A stretch of DNA of 64,000 bases from a virus (lineage: Duplodnaviria > Heunggongvirae > Uroviricota > Caudoviricetes), in the IMG/VR virus record IMGVR_UViG_3300038393_000804, positions 147,598 to 211,597 of that record; one strand, 5' to 3'. Position numbers and translations under genes: made by a program. Within the stretch, counting starts at the first letter, position 1, and each line of letters begins with the position of its first letter. Below the pieces are notes generated by a model. The model had not been told where the DNA came from. It was given only the letters and a program-made list of their open reading frames with translations, and made no database searches. This document shows positions 46,417 to 57,153 of the stretch, piece by piece.

Positions 46417-48354
46417 ATGGATGTAATGGTTGTCATCGAGCGAGTAGGATATGACATCCGAACCTCACTTGAAAATGTAAATGAAAATGTATCAGACCAT
46501 CGCTTAATTGAGATGGGCAAAGCAAAGTTTAAAGAACTTGGCGTTGAAATAAAAGAAAATGATTCCTTTGATTTGTATGCATACTAGGAGGCTAGCTAAT
46601 GGAAGCATTTAATTATAAGATTAATTTCCAACACATCAATGGACATATTGTTCTTCATATTAGTGAGGAAGGAAAGCTTGGCGGCGCAAGTATCAACGTA
46701 ACAGAAGAAGTCATGCCTGCCGTAGATGACTACCTTGATTATCATTTAGATTTGGGAGGCAAACCAGGATGGGTAAAAAGAAAGGAGAGTGATACAGATG
46801 TTTAGAAAGAAACAGTACAGCGTTGAGTTTGTTTATGAAGCTCATTACATCTTCATGGAAGTATCGAATGGTATCTACAGCGTTGCTAAATGCAGAACAA
46901 ATATGTTTAGACCAGGGTCGTATGTATCAACGGATGAAGTGATTAAACTATTAAATTCTGAACACAGAGTAGCTCTTTGTCAAAACAATGTTCATACAAT
47001 TATTCATGCAAACTTTGAGGCATCAAGACAGAGAATGACAAATGCAGAAATGAAAGGAATGTTAGAGAATGCCTAACTGGTGTAACAATACATTAGAAGT
47101 AACAGGTTCAGTAGATGCAATGGATAAGTGGCGGATTGCTCTTGCGAATGATGAGAGCATAGAACCATGGCTATCCTTTGATAAGCTACTACCAATGCCA
47201 AAGGAACTTGAAGAAAATGAAGGATGGTATGGCTGGCGCGTCGAGAACTGGGGATGCAAGTGGGACATATCGGGTCGCGATAATCAAGAGCCGCATGCTT
47301 CCGAGCCAGAGTATTGTGGCTATGGGTTTGAAACTCCATGGGGGCCGCCCCTTGAATTGTTTAATAACATATCTCCAGACTTTCCAGGTGTACGATTTGA
47401 GTTGGCTTACTACGAAGAAGGTATGCAATTTGCTGGTTTGTTTATCTTTAAGGACGGAGAAATCATACACAAAGAGGAGCACGAAGGGAAAGCCTTTGCT
47501 GAATTTGTTGCCGATTACTTCGGTGATGATTACTATCTTGAAGGATGGGACGAAGAGGAGGAAGAGTAATGCCATATTACAGAGGGTATGCACCTGTTAG
47601 AAAAACAGAGGTTGGCACTTTAATTGAATCATTCATGGATGACAACCACGAGAATCTTTCTCCTGAGTTATGGGAGAAGCTAGATGCATTAGGAAAAGAA
47701 GTAGATGAAATGGTAGAAGCATTAGAAGGACATATTGATGAATTGAATTCGCAAATTGTAGACTAAGGAGGAAGAACAATGGGAGCAAGTACATTTGAAG
47801 ATTACGCATGGGGCAAGACACCGCAGGAGGCGTTCAGCATTGCAGTGACAGATGCCGCACATGAATATGGTCATGGAGGATACACTGGAACGATTGCAGA
47901 GAAAAGCGAATTCGTTATGATTCCAGTTCCAGCTAAGTGGAAAGGCAAAGAGCAAGAGTATGCCTACCATTTAATGAATAAAGATGACCACCGCATTGAA
48001 GATAAGTGGGGGCCTGCTGGTTGTATTTTACTAGAATCACAGGATGCTATTGAGAAAGTTCCATATGCTACAACGGTGGAACGCTATGACCAGCAAGGTG
48101 CTCGCAAGTGGGAGACAGTATTCACTGTTTATTCCAGAGCTGGTGGTGCATCTCGCAGTTTTACATCTCAGACTGAAGCAGAGAAGTTTGCAAAAGATTG
48201 GGTGAAAGCTAATAATGAAGTAGCGAAGATTCGTATTGAGAAGCGATTGGTGAATGGCAGCCAAGAGATTATCACCATTAAGCCTAAGACAAAAGATGTC
48301 AAAGTAAAGGGCGGAAAGAATAAATACATGTTCTTTGGTTGGGCATCCTGTTAA
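46417..48354 (+). CDS. Run of small accessory ORFs including 47069-47569 (DUF1281/YubB-like) and 47779-48354
   Basis: MPNWCNN..WRVENWGCKWD..FETPWGPP; each ORF SD-led. Confidence 0.65.
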
Positions 48355-48491
48355 AGGAGGTTATGGAATATGGAGAAATGTCCTACATGTAGAGCGTGGT
48401 TCGTGAAGTGTCCTTGTTGTGATACTTACTTTTGCCCCGAATGTGGTAGCACCGAAGAAGAACTAGAAACAGATTTCGAGGAGGAAGAAGA

Positions 48492-49019
48492 ATGAAAGCA
48501 TACTTAGCAAATGGATTATTCAGTGAGGCAGACCAGGCATATAACGAGTACCTAGCACACCGTATTCGAATGAGTTTGCCTTGGGTAGACTTATACCTTC
48601 CGCAGGAAAATGAAGCCCTTAACGACAAAACTGGGTACGCTGACAGCCGCACTATCTTTAAAGGAGATAACAGATATCTTGATGAAGCGGACATCTTAAT
48701 TGCGGTTCTGGATGGAATCGAAATTGATTCTGGAGTGGCTGCCGAAGTAGGACGTTTCCTTACCCATAAGGAATGGGAAGAAGGTATGGACGGTTATGCA
48801 CCACGCTATGTCTTTGGGTTGTATACAGATGTACGTCAACAAGGTGCAGAGAATGCCAAGAAAATTGATGCACTAGTAAATGAGGTTGCTGAAAACCAAT
48901 TTATGTATCGCAATCTTTATGTGGTTGGTGGCATCAAAGAGCATGGCTATATTGTTAACAGCTCAGATGAGTTAATTGGATTGATGGAAGAGATTATTCC
49001 ATTGCCAAAGAAAAAGTAG
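48492..49019 (+). CDS. Nucleoside 2-deoxyribosyltransferase / Rcl-like N-glycosidase
   Basis: KAYLANGLF, LYLPQEN, IFKGD, LDG..IDSGVAAEVG, NLYVVG. Confidence 0.85.
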   Translation: MKAYLANGLFSEADQAYNEYLAHRIRMSLPWVDLYLPQENEALNDKTGYADSRTIFKGDNRYLDEADILIAVLDGIEIDSGVAAEVGRFLTHKEWEEGMDGYAPRYVFGLYTDVRQQGAENAKKIDALVNEVAENQFMYRNLYVVGGIKEHGYIVNSSDELIGLMEEIIPLPKKK

Positions 49020-49031
49020 GAGGTGAAATAA

Positions 49032-51280
49032 ATGTTCAAGCCAGGAGACATCTGTCTTGTAAAGGACAATGATGTTCTCTCTGGTCTATATCGTTCGCTA
49101 ATTGGAAAGCATGTAATTATATTAAATGGCCCAGTCATTAATGACAAGTATCCTATTGACGTTATTAGTCCAGAGAGTATGTTTCAGAGAAGCACGCAGC
49201 TTCAAATGAGAGCTAGCCTTTTAGTAAAGGAGGTAGTAGAATGCGAGTAGTAGAAGCCATTATCTCAGAAGTGGTTGAAAGCTATGCTATCGTCACATTA
49301 GATGATGACGGTAATGTAATTAACACAGAGAATGTGGAAGAGAAAGACCGCTACGATTTAGAGATTGTAGACATCTTGCACAATGTAGATGAAGAGGGAG
49401 AAGTAGAAGACCCACGGGAGGTAGAATAGTAATGAGCACATATGGAGAGAACCAGAAACAAATCAAACAAAACGTATTAGCATTGTTAGAGGCATTCGAA
49501 CAAGCACGCAACAGTGACAAATACTTGTTGCTGAAATACTGGCAAGTGGTTGATAGCATCCCAATGGGTGAAGGTTTTGTCCAGGCTTTTGTTGGTCATT
49601 CTACATCGGCAGAAAGCATCACGCGGGCAAGACGAAGTATCCAGTCTTCGGGATTGTTTCCTCCAACAGACCCAGATGTCTTGAAGAAGCGTAAGTTACT
49701 TCAGGAAGAAGCAAGACTACATCACTCAGAACAGTAAAGGAGGGTTGTCCATGCCATCAGTAGATACATTGTATCAATGCCCAGTATGTGAATCAGAGCA
49801 TACAGCAGAAGAGTGGAACGAAACAACGGAAGAAGATTTCGAGACGCATAACATCATGCCAATCGAAGTCGCTGATTCTCCAGAGTATCGTTATACTTGT
49901 CCAACATGTTGGAACATTAATGACATTGAGGACATTGCAAGAAAGTAGGAGACAACATGTTAATTAAAAAAGCTCATACATTAGAAGAGCTATTTATGTA
50001 TCTGGAAGCTCTGGAAATGTTGGATATGGAATACACAATTCAGAAACTTCCAGAGTCAGATGCGGGGGATATTATCCTCCCACTGACATGGGTAATTGAG
50101 TACTGGCCGATTGAAAGACAGGCTAAGAAATCCCCAATTGAATATGAGGACTAGGAGGGACAGAATGTTCAATGAAGCCTCAGCAAAAGTAGCCTACATG
50201 TTAGGGATACTTGAAGGAGAAAATCTAATTGAGCCTTTTGACAACTGGGATGAAGTTGCATTGGTCTGCCACAACATTGCTATGGATTGGAGCGACCATG
50301 TTGACATTCAAGATGAGGAAGAAGAAGGCTATATCATGAGGTATGCTGAGCGCATACTCAGTGAAAAATATCCAAGAAGAGCAGAGAGGGCGTAAGCCTT
50401 CTCTTTTTTTATGAAAGGAGATGACAATATGTATATCTACTTTAAGCATATGAATTTAAGAACACCTGCAAGCAGGAATGATGAATTCGCAAATGAGTTG
50501 GAAAAACTATTAATTAAATATGCTGGTACTGACTGGACATATCAGTACACAACAGAAGACGAAGAAGGTGAATATGATGACGAAGAAGAATCCAGCAGTG
50601 AGATTTGATTTGCAATGTGTAAGTGTGAAGTGGGTGCCAGCTGATGTAGAATCATTTGCTTATGGAGAAACGTTCATTGAAGGTGTGCAAGATTTAATCG
50701 ACACTATCAATAGAAAAGACGAAGCTCCATGGGATAGCAGCGGCGAATGGTTTAAAACGTATTATTATACATGCGAAGATGAAGGTTACTACTTCTATAC
50801 AGAAGAAGATATGGATTACGAAGGAGAGGAAGATTTTAACCCTGAGAACGACCCGCAAGAAGTCCCAAACGATATTGACTTTGATGATTATAAGGAGGAA
50901 GAATAATGAATACACCGAAGCAAAAGTGTACAGATTGTGGACACATATCAGACCAGTTCATTCAGCCAGCAAAGGTTGACTGCGATGCATTGGTAGATTA
51001 TAAAGGGGAGTTCCAATGGTGGAAGAGTGAGAACTTTGAAAACCCTAGCTTCGAACATGGAACTTTCATGTGTGAGAATTGTTACTCAGAAAACTTAGAG
51101 GACTACACTGAAGAGAAGACACCAGAAGAATATATTAAGGAAGCTTTTGATGCTGGTGCTCTTGCCATTACATTAATCAATGGAAAGCCTGCACCATGGA
51201 CACCATTTGGTATGGAACCAGACATTAGAAACTTTACAAGAGGAAACAAAGCAAACAGAAAGAAGAAGGAGGAAGAATAA
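49032..51280 (+). CDS. Run of about ten small, mostly acidic or Zn-binding accessory ORFs
   Basis: 49032, 49241, 49432, 49745, 49957, ~50165, 50411, ~50568, 50906; SD-led, E/D-rich C-termini. Confidence 0.6.
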
Positions 51281-51404
51281 TGTTTCATGTCATTGAGGAA
51301 CTGGAAGCTATCCTCCACAGTATAGAACTTGATGGTGATGGCGACAGTGATGTAGCAGATGAATTCAGAAAAGCAATTGAAATACTTAAGGAGGTAAAAG
51401 AATA

Positions 51405-52196
51405 ATGGGCACAGATATTCATATGTTTGTTGAGAAGTACAATTCAGAACACGGCTATTGGGAAGGTGTAGCAGGACCGAACCCACGCGTTGCTATGTAT
51501 AAAGCATGGGCAGAACGTGACCGCGAGAACGGCAGAATAGAAGCTGCTGAGGAACACGAGAAGTTGGCTGCGGACATTGCATCTGGCGAAGCATTAAAAG
51601 GGATTACCCGCCGATGGGAATTCGATTGGAACGCACCGAAGGTGTATGAAGGTTGGGTATATGATGGACGCAACTATGATTTGTTTGCCATCCTAGCTGA
51701 TGTACGCAATGGTCGTGGATTTGCTGGTGTCGAAACAGGAGAGGGATTCAATTCCATTGATACTCCTCGTGGTCTTCCTGATGACATTTCAGAAGAAGTA
51801 GAAGACTACTTAAAAGAAGACGGCGGCTATCACAGCATGAGCTACGTAGGATTGGATGAACTTATCCAGTATGACTGGGACCAAGTGACCACTCAATATG
51901 GTACAGTCAGCGAAGAAGAATACAAGGTCTTCAAAGAAGAAGGGGAGCCTAAGCATTACTCAGGTGATGTATGGGGTCAGAATATTATTAAGATTACACA
52001 GCAAGAGATGGAAGACCTGATTGCAGGAAAGAAAGAGCGCGAAGAAGGAAAGACTTATTATACAAGAGTTTCCTGGCACGAGAGCTACCGTGACGCCGTC
52101 GGCACTTACTGGTTTGATTCTATGGACAAACTGAAAGAGCTGGCGGATAATATAGACGGAAGCGATGTCCGCATCGTATTCGGTTTTGACAGTTAA
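51405..52196 (+). CDS. Hypothetical phage protein
   Basis: MGTDIHMFVE..RNYDLFAILADVRNG..PRGLPDD..HSMSY..DVRIVFGFDS. Confidence 0.75.
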   Translation: MGTDIHMFVEKYNSEHGYWEGVAGPNPRVAMYKAWAERDRENGRIEAAEEHEKLAADIASGEALKGITRRWEFDWNAPKVYEGWVYDGRNYDLFAILADVRNGRGFAGVETGEGFNSIDTPRGLPDDISEEVEDYLKEDGGYHSMSYVGLDELIQYDWDQVTTQYGTVSEEEYKVFKEEGEPKHYSGDVWGQNIIKITQQEMEDLIAGKKEREEGKTYYTRVSWHESYRDAVGTYWFDSMDKLKELADNIDGSDVRIVFGFDS

Positions 52197-52208
52197 GGAG
52201 GATGTTGG

Positions 52209-52727
52209 ATGAGTAAAGGCAGCATGTATTCAATGATTGTTACAAAAGATATGGTGGATGAAGGAAGAGTTTTAGATATTCAAAAGGCAATCAGCAAACT
52301 AGAAAGCGCTGGCGTTGATACTTTCCAAAGAGTAGCCATTGCATTCCACGGTTACGATGATACATCAGTAGAGCTTTGGGAGATGCCTGAGGTTCGCAAG
52401 TGGGTAGGGAAGCTGATTAACAAAGTTCCTCACCTTTTCTACCATGTTGAACAAGAAGTATATCAGACACAGCAGACTCTAATGATTTGCCTGAATGATT
52501 ATGATAGTGTTTATGCTGGAGAAAGAAAGTCCCCAGAAGAACACTACCATGAAGGAACAAAGATTGATGAATTGCCACAGCATAAGATTAAGGTTCATGT
52601 TCATCAGAAATCATTTCGTTTAATGTCATCAGAGATTCGCAAACATGCTCGTCAGATTGGCAAGATGGCTAATGCAGAAAAAGTCATCAAAGAAATGAGT
52701 GAGCGCTATGGCGTATCAGCAAACTGA
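52209..52727 (+). CDS. DUF1817/CRR6-like hypothetical protein
   Basis: IAFHGYDD..ELWEMPEVRKWV..PHLFY. Confidence 0.5.
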   Translation: MSKGSMYSMIVTKDMVDEGRVLDIQKAISKLESAGVDTFQRVAIAFHGYDDTSVELWEMPEVRKWVGKLINKVPHLFYHVEQEVYQTQQTLMICLNDYDSVYAGERKSPEEHYHEGTKIDELPQHKIKVHVHQKSFRLMSSEIRKHARQIGKMANAEKVIKEMSERYGVSAN

Positions 52728-53139
52728 ACTTGAAGAACTATGGATGAGGATACAGCAGTTCCTTGTCCATGGTTATCTTTACTACGCACTGGATGAAAGC
52801 ATTATTGATGACCATAAGTATGATAGGATATGCGTAAGACTGGTAGAGCTTCTTGAGAAGTATCCAGAAGAAGCAAAGAAACTTCCTTACTACAATATTG
52901 TAGGTGGAGGTGGAGAGTCAAGTGGCTCTGCTTTCTTTATTCGATTAGAAGATTACCCGCCGCAAATTGTTACAACTGCATTCAGACAGCTTTGGTATCA
53001 TAAGAAAGATACCCTATCAAATTTCAATGATGACTTTGAACACTTCATTGGAAGATATGGAAGAAGCTTAGTGCCGCATGACTATGTAGAAGAGAAGCCA
53101 AAGGTAAGGAAAGTTGCCGCACCAAAGAAAAAGAAATAG
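52708..53139 (+). CDS. Stand-alone NAD+-ligase domain Ia (Nlig-Ia)-like protein
   Basis: LVHGYLYYALDESIIDDHKYD matches the H..xYY...p.IsD.eYD ligase Ia motif; no adenylation domain. Confidence 0.7.
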   Translation: MAYQQTELEELWMRIQQFLVHGYLYYALDESIIDDHKYDRICVRLVELLEKYPEEAKKLPYYNIVGGGGESSGSAFFIRLEDYPPQIVTTAFRQLWYHKKDTLSNFNDDFEHFIGRYGRSLVPHDYVEEKPKVRKVAAPKKKK

Positions 53140-53150
53140 GAGGTATCTCA

Positions 53151-53768
53151 ATGGCTAAGAAGAGACCAGAAAGAGACAACTGTACATGGACAAAAGAAGA
53201 AGATGAAATCATATTAGAGATGGCAGGACAAGCAGGATTTAATTTCATTGGAAGCAAGTTAAAGCGGTCTCCAAGGGCCGTTGAGAATCGCCTAAGGGAA
53301 TTGGATACAACAGACATGCTATTGCACACAGGGATGATGACAGCCGCTGAGCTGGCTCGATTAGTGAAGCGAAACAAGTCTTACATCATCAAGCTGATTA
53401 ATGAAGATGGACTTCCTGCTAAGAAGCCTCAGTTAACTTATAAGAATAGGGAAGCCCATCGCTGGATGATTGACCCTTATAAGTTTTGGAAGTGGGCAGA
53501 GAAGAATCGTGACAAGTTAAACTTCTATCTCATTGAGATGGATAGCATTCCGCCTGAACCAGAATGGGTGGCAAAGCAACGACAGCTTGATTATGAGAAG
53601 CCTGTTACGCGCAAGCGCTGGACAGAGGAAGAAAAGAAACGTGCCATTGAATTACTTGACCAAGGTTACTCCCGCCCACAGGTAGCCAAGGTATTCAATC
53701 GTAGTGTCAGCAGTATCCGCTGGATATTGGACAAACACTTAGAAGAGATTGGTGTAAAGAAAAAGTAA
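53151..53768 (+). CDS. Multi-HTH (Myb/SANT-like repeats) DNA-binding protein
   Basis: WTKEEDEII..RSPRAVENR and WTEEEKKR..VAKVFNRSVSSIR. Confidence 0.75.
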   Translation: MAKKRPERDNCTWTKEEDEIILEMAGQAGFNFIGSKLKRSPRAVENRLRELDTTDMLLHTGMMTAAELARLVKRNKSYIIKLINEDGLPAKKPQLTYKNREAHRWMIDPYKFWKWAEKNRDKLNFYLIEMDSIPPEPEWVAKQRQLDYEKPVTRKRWTEEEKKRAIELLDQGYSRPQVAKVFNRSVSSIRWILDKHLEEIGVKKK

Positions 53769-53863
53769 TATTCGTAATATTCTTGGCAACATTTTCGCAA
53801 TGACAACCGAATTGACTTCGGGTTATGGTTAGTGAGTACATAACTTAAGATAGGAGTGTTGTC

Positions 53864-54463
53864 ATGAAAGCCAAAATACTAGCTCTTGCAGGTGCCATAC
53901 TGTTGTCGATGAACGTCGGCGCTTACGCTGCATCAGCAGCAACAGGGGATGACATTGTTAATACAGGGGAGAAGTATTTGGGGGTTCCGTACTCATACGG
54001 TGCTGTATATGGAAATGTATCAAGCTTTGATTGTTCTTCCTTTACAGAGTATATATATGCACAGAATGGTGTTACCTTACCAAGAGTAAGCCGAGACCAA
54101 GCTAAAGTAGGAACTCAAGTCTCTGTCAATAATCTGCAAAAAGGAGACCTACTGTTCTTCGACATAAATAGGGATGGTGTCGTTGACCATGTTTCTATTT
54201 ACGTCTCTCCGTATTATATGCTTGGCGCTCAGTCTTCTACAGGTGTTGCGTTTGCTGACACTCATTACTACTGGGGGAATTACCTTGTGCAGGCACGGAG
54301 AGTTCTTGAAACACAAACATCAGTAGCTACGTACACGGTAGTTTCTGGCGACACACTATGGGGCATAAGCCAGAAATTCCACACAACTGTCTCTGCTATC
54401 CAGCAGAAAAATAATATGACTTCCACTACGATTTATGTAGGACAGAAGTTGTTATTGCCATGA
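53864..54463 (+). CDS. Secreted NlpC/P60 peptidoglycan endopeptidase with C-terminal LysM
   Basis: Signal peptide (AYA-A), YLGVPYSYG, FDCSSF, DHVSIY; YTVVSGDTLWGIS..IYVGQKL. Confidence 0.93.
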   Translation: MKAKILALAGAILLSMNVGAYAASAATGDDIVNTGEKYLGVPYSYGAVYGNVSSFDCSSFTEYIYAQNGVTLPRVSRDQAKVGTQVSVNNLQKGDLLFFDINRDGVVDHVSIYVSPYYMLGAQSSTGVAFADTHYYWGNYLVQARRVLETQTSVATYTVVSGDTLWGISQKFHTTVSAIQQKNNMTSTTIYVGQKLLLP

Positions 54464-54488
54464 GGAGTATTCTTACTCCTCTTTTTTT
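54462..54488 (+). terminator. Intrinsic terminator
   Basis: GAGGAGTA-TTCT-TACTCCTC + T7. Confidence 0.8.
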
Positions 54489-54608
54489 GTATTGTAAATA
54501 CCTTTGGCTAATAGAAAAATGATTTATTTTTTTGCCTAGGGTTAAAACTTATCGTGTATGTTTATAATAAAATCATTGCTAACGCAAAACAATCAGGAGG
54601 TAATTGGT

Positions 54609-55679
54609 ATGGCAACATATGTTAAATTAAGTGGCACAGAGGGAACGCAATTCGGACGTAAATTTTACAACATCACATTAAAGTTCCATGAGTTACAGGA
54701 ATTCTTAGCGGTCTTCAAAGAGGTGCAACGTAACATTGATAGAGAAAAGGTTATCAGCATTTCCAAGTATGTGTTAAAAGGATTGAGAGAAGACAACATG
54801 AGCTTCCTTACATCTATTACAACTACTTGTCGTGGTGACATTCTTTACAATCATCAGAAGGAAGAAGTTTCTATTGATATTGAAAGTATACTTTCTGTTA
54901 ATGATGGGCAGCATCGCTTTAAAGGGATTGTAAGAGCCATCAGCGTCCTTGAGAAAGAACTGAAGGCAGAGGAAGACAAGCGTAAGAAATTCTTAATCTC
55001 GCGCAAGCTGGAGGCTCTAAAGAACATGCAGATACCAGTGGTTATCTTTGCAGGGATTACAGAAGATATGGAGCGCCAGTTATTCCATGACTTGAACCAA
55101 TTGGCTAAGCGCCCAACAAGGTCAGTAAGCTTGAAATTTAATCAGACAAATCTTTACACAAGAGTTGCAAAGTATCTTGCCACTAACAATGAGTACTTCA
55201 CAAAGTATGGCGTAGAGATGGAGAAGACAAGATTGACTGATGCGAATCCAAACACATTCTTGCTTTCTATCCTTACTAACTCTGTAAGCTATCTCTTAAC
55301 TGGAACAGATAAGTCTGCTTCTGATGATGTATTGAACGAAGAAAACTATGATGAAGTAAGAGCTTATGTAGAAAGCACATTCAATAAAGTGTTTGAGGTT
55401 TTACCTGACGATTTAAATGACCACAAAAAGTATGTGATGAATAAGTCCGCGGTCATCCAAGGTATCGCACGATTCATTTACCTATCCAAGTTTGCTGGAG
55501 TAAGCGAAGAAGATATTCTTCTTGCGATTGCTAATACAGACTTCACTATCAATGCACCATGGGAAGAGTTTGGAGCAAACAGAGTGGATGGAACAGTCAC
55601 ATTTGTTGGTACTGGTACTGGTGTAAACATCGTCACACGATACATTGGAAAACAATTGGAGGCACTAACTGCCCAATAA
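54609..55679 (+). CDS. DGQHR-domain / DndB-like protein
   Basis: VQRNIDREKV..I, LSVNDGQHRFKGI, RQLFHDLNQLAK. Confidence 0.82.
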   Translation: MATYVKLSGTEGTQFGRKFYNITLKFHELQEFLAVFKEVQRNIDREKVISISKYVLKGLREDNMSFLTSITTTCRGDILYNHQKEEVSIDIESILSVNDGQHRFKGIVRAISVLEKELKAEEDKRKKFLISRKLEALKNMQIPVVIFAGITEDMERQLFHDLNQLAKRPTRSVSLKFNQTNLYTRVAKYLATNNEYFTKYGVEMEKTRLTDANPNTFLLSILTNSVSYLLTGTDKSASDDVLNEENYDEVRAYVESTFNKVFEVLPDDLNDHKKYVMNKSAVIQGIARFIYLSKFAGVSEEDILLAIANTDFTINAPWEEFGANRVDGTVTFVGTGTGVNIVTRYIGKQLEALTAQ

Positions 55680-55680
55680 A

Positions 55681-55712
55681 AAAGAGCCACGGTTATTCTT
55701 CCGTGGTCTCTT
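55681..55712. terminator. Probable bidirectional terminator at convergent junction
   Basis: AGAGCCACGG...CCGTGGTCTCT inverted repeat. Confidence 0.6.
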
Positions 55713-57035
55713 CGTTTGCACATCCACATGTAACAGGGATGTATCCAAGCTCTTCTAAAGTTTGGCTTAGCTTGGTTTCTTTATTATCTAAGATTTGCTT
55801 GAGGGTAGGCGCTTGGCCTTCCTTCTTGCAATCTTCACATTTAATTGGCACATATACGATGTCGCTGAAATTGAATTCTCCCACTATTCCATTACCTCTC
55901 TTGTTCCGAATTCCACAGCTTTAGTAATCGCATCTTTAATCTTTTCCAAGTCCGCTTCTTCTGAAACATTACAATTCATGACAGTTGTTGTATAACCTGG
56001 AGTCGTAGTAATTGAACCAGTACCAAAGTAAGCAGTCGTTGGTGGATAGTAAGGCGTCTTAATAATGGCTGGTGTTGTATTCTTTTCAAACCAATCAGTT
56101 GGCTTACCGCCCTTGCCACTTACAGTTTGTTTGCCATACACAGAGATTTCATAGTGACCAAACTTCTGCTCACATGCTACAATGTGTCCTGAGCTTAATA
56201 ACCCATCTACAATCTTCTCTTTGTCTGTAAGCTTCTCTACTTTGAATTGGTATTCTGGATTCATTTCTTTTCCCCCTGGTCATCTTTTAATGTAATCTCT
56301 ACTACTTCATCATCACCATCACGAAAGATTTCTATCTTCTCTATATCTGATTTCTTGTACCCCTGTTCCCTTAGTATGTTGATAGCATCTCTCTTTAGAA
56401 GATACCTCTCATACTTCTTAATAAGGAAGCCTCCGCCATACATAGTCACCGCAATCGTCAGCATGATAGTCCAGAAACCAAAATGCTTTTGCGGATAGTA
56501 TGGGCGAACATGAAAGTGGACAAGAATGAAGTAAACAACTAGGCAAGCAATGTAATACAGATAGCTCTCTGCAATTTCTCTAATCATCTGTTTCAAAATA
56601 ATTCCCCCTAGCTCATTTTTATCCACTAGGAGGAACATTCGTCAAGCTTTATTTGCCTTCTAATTTAAGGCGTGCATCGTTCGCCATCATGTAGCGTAGG
56701 ATGAGTTCATCAGGAATATCGCGGTGGATGAAGTCACCATTCTTGGTTGTGTTCTCAAGGTCTGCAGCATACCATTCTCTATGACAGTTATGACAGAACA
56801 CAACAGTCTGTCCAGACTTCGTGATTTCCTTGAAAGCCATTTGATGTTTACACTTAGGGCAGCCGCGGCCTGTGCTCCATTGACTCTTGGCAGGTGGGTT
56901 ACCATCTCCATTGAGGACTGGTTTGCTCATCCCATCGAGCTTCGCGAGAGCAGCTTCATTGTCCTTGGCCTTGAGGAGTTCTCCTCTTACACCATCGTCA
57001 CGGTCAGCATTATTGTACTGTTTCTTATATGCCAT
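55693..57035 (-). CDS. Four minus-strand ORFs (55693-55884 Zn, 55884-56264, 56261-~56595 TM, 56649-57035 Zn ribbon)
   Basis: Coupled on the minus strand; SD AGGAGG upstream of 57035. Confidence 0.65.
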
Positions 57036-57053
57036 GTGTTACCTTAACCTCCT

Positions 57054-57083
57054 TTGACTTTATGACATTTGCCATGCTATAAT
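57054..57083 (+). promoter_or_regulatory. sigmaA-type promoter for the Cas4-like gene
   Basis: TTGACT-18 nt-TATAAT with extended TG. Confidence 0.65.
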
Positions 57084-57153
57084 AAGGTGGAGTATTCTTA
57101 CGGTAATATAAGCATTTAACATAGATAAATCAATAGAATCGGGAGGAATTCGG

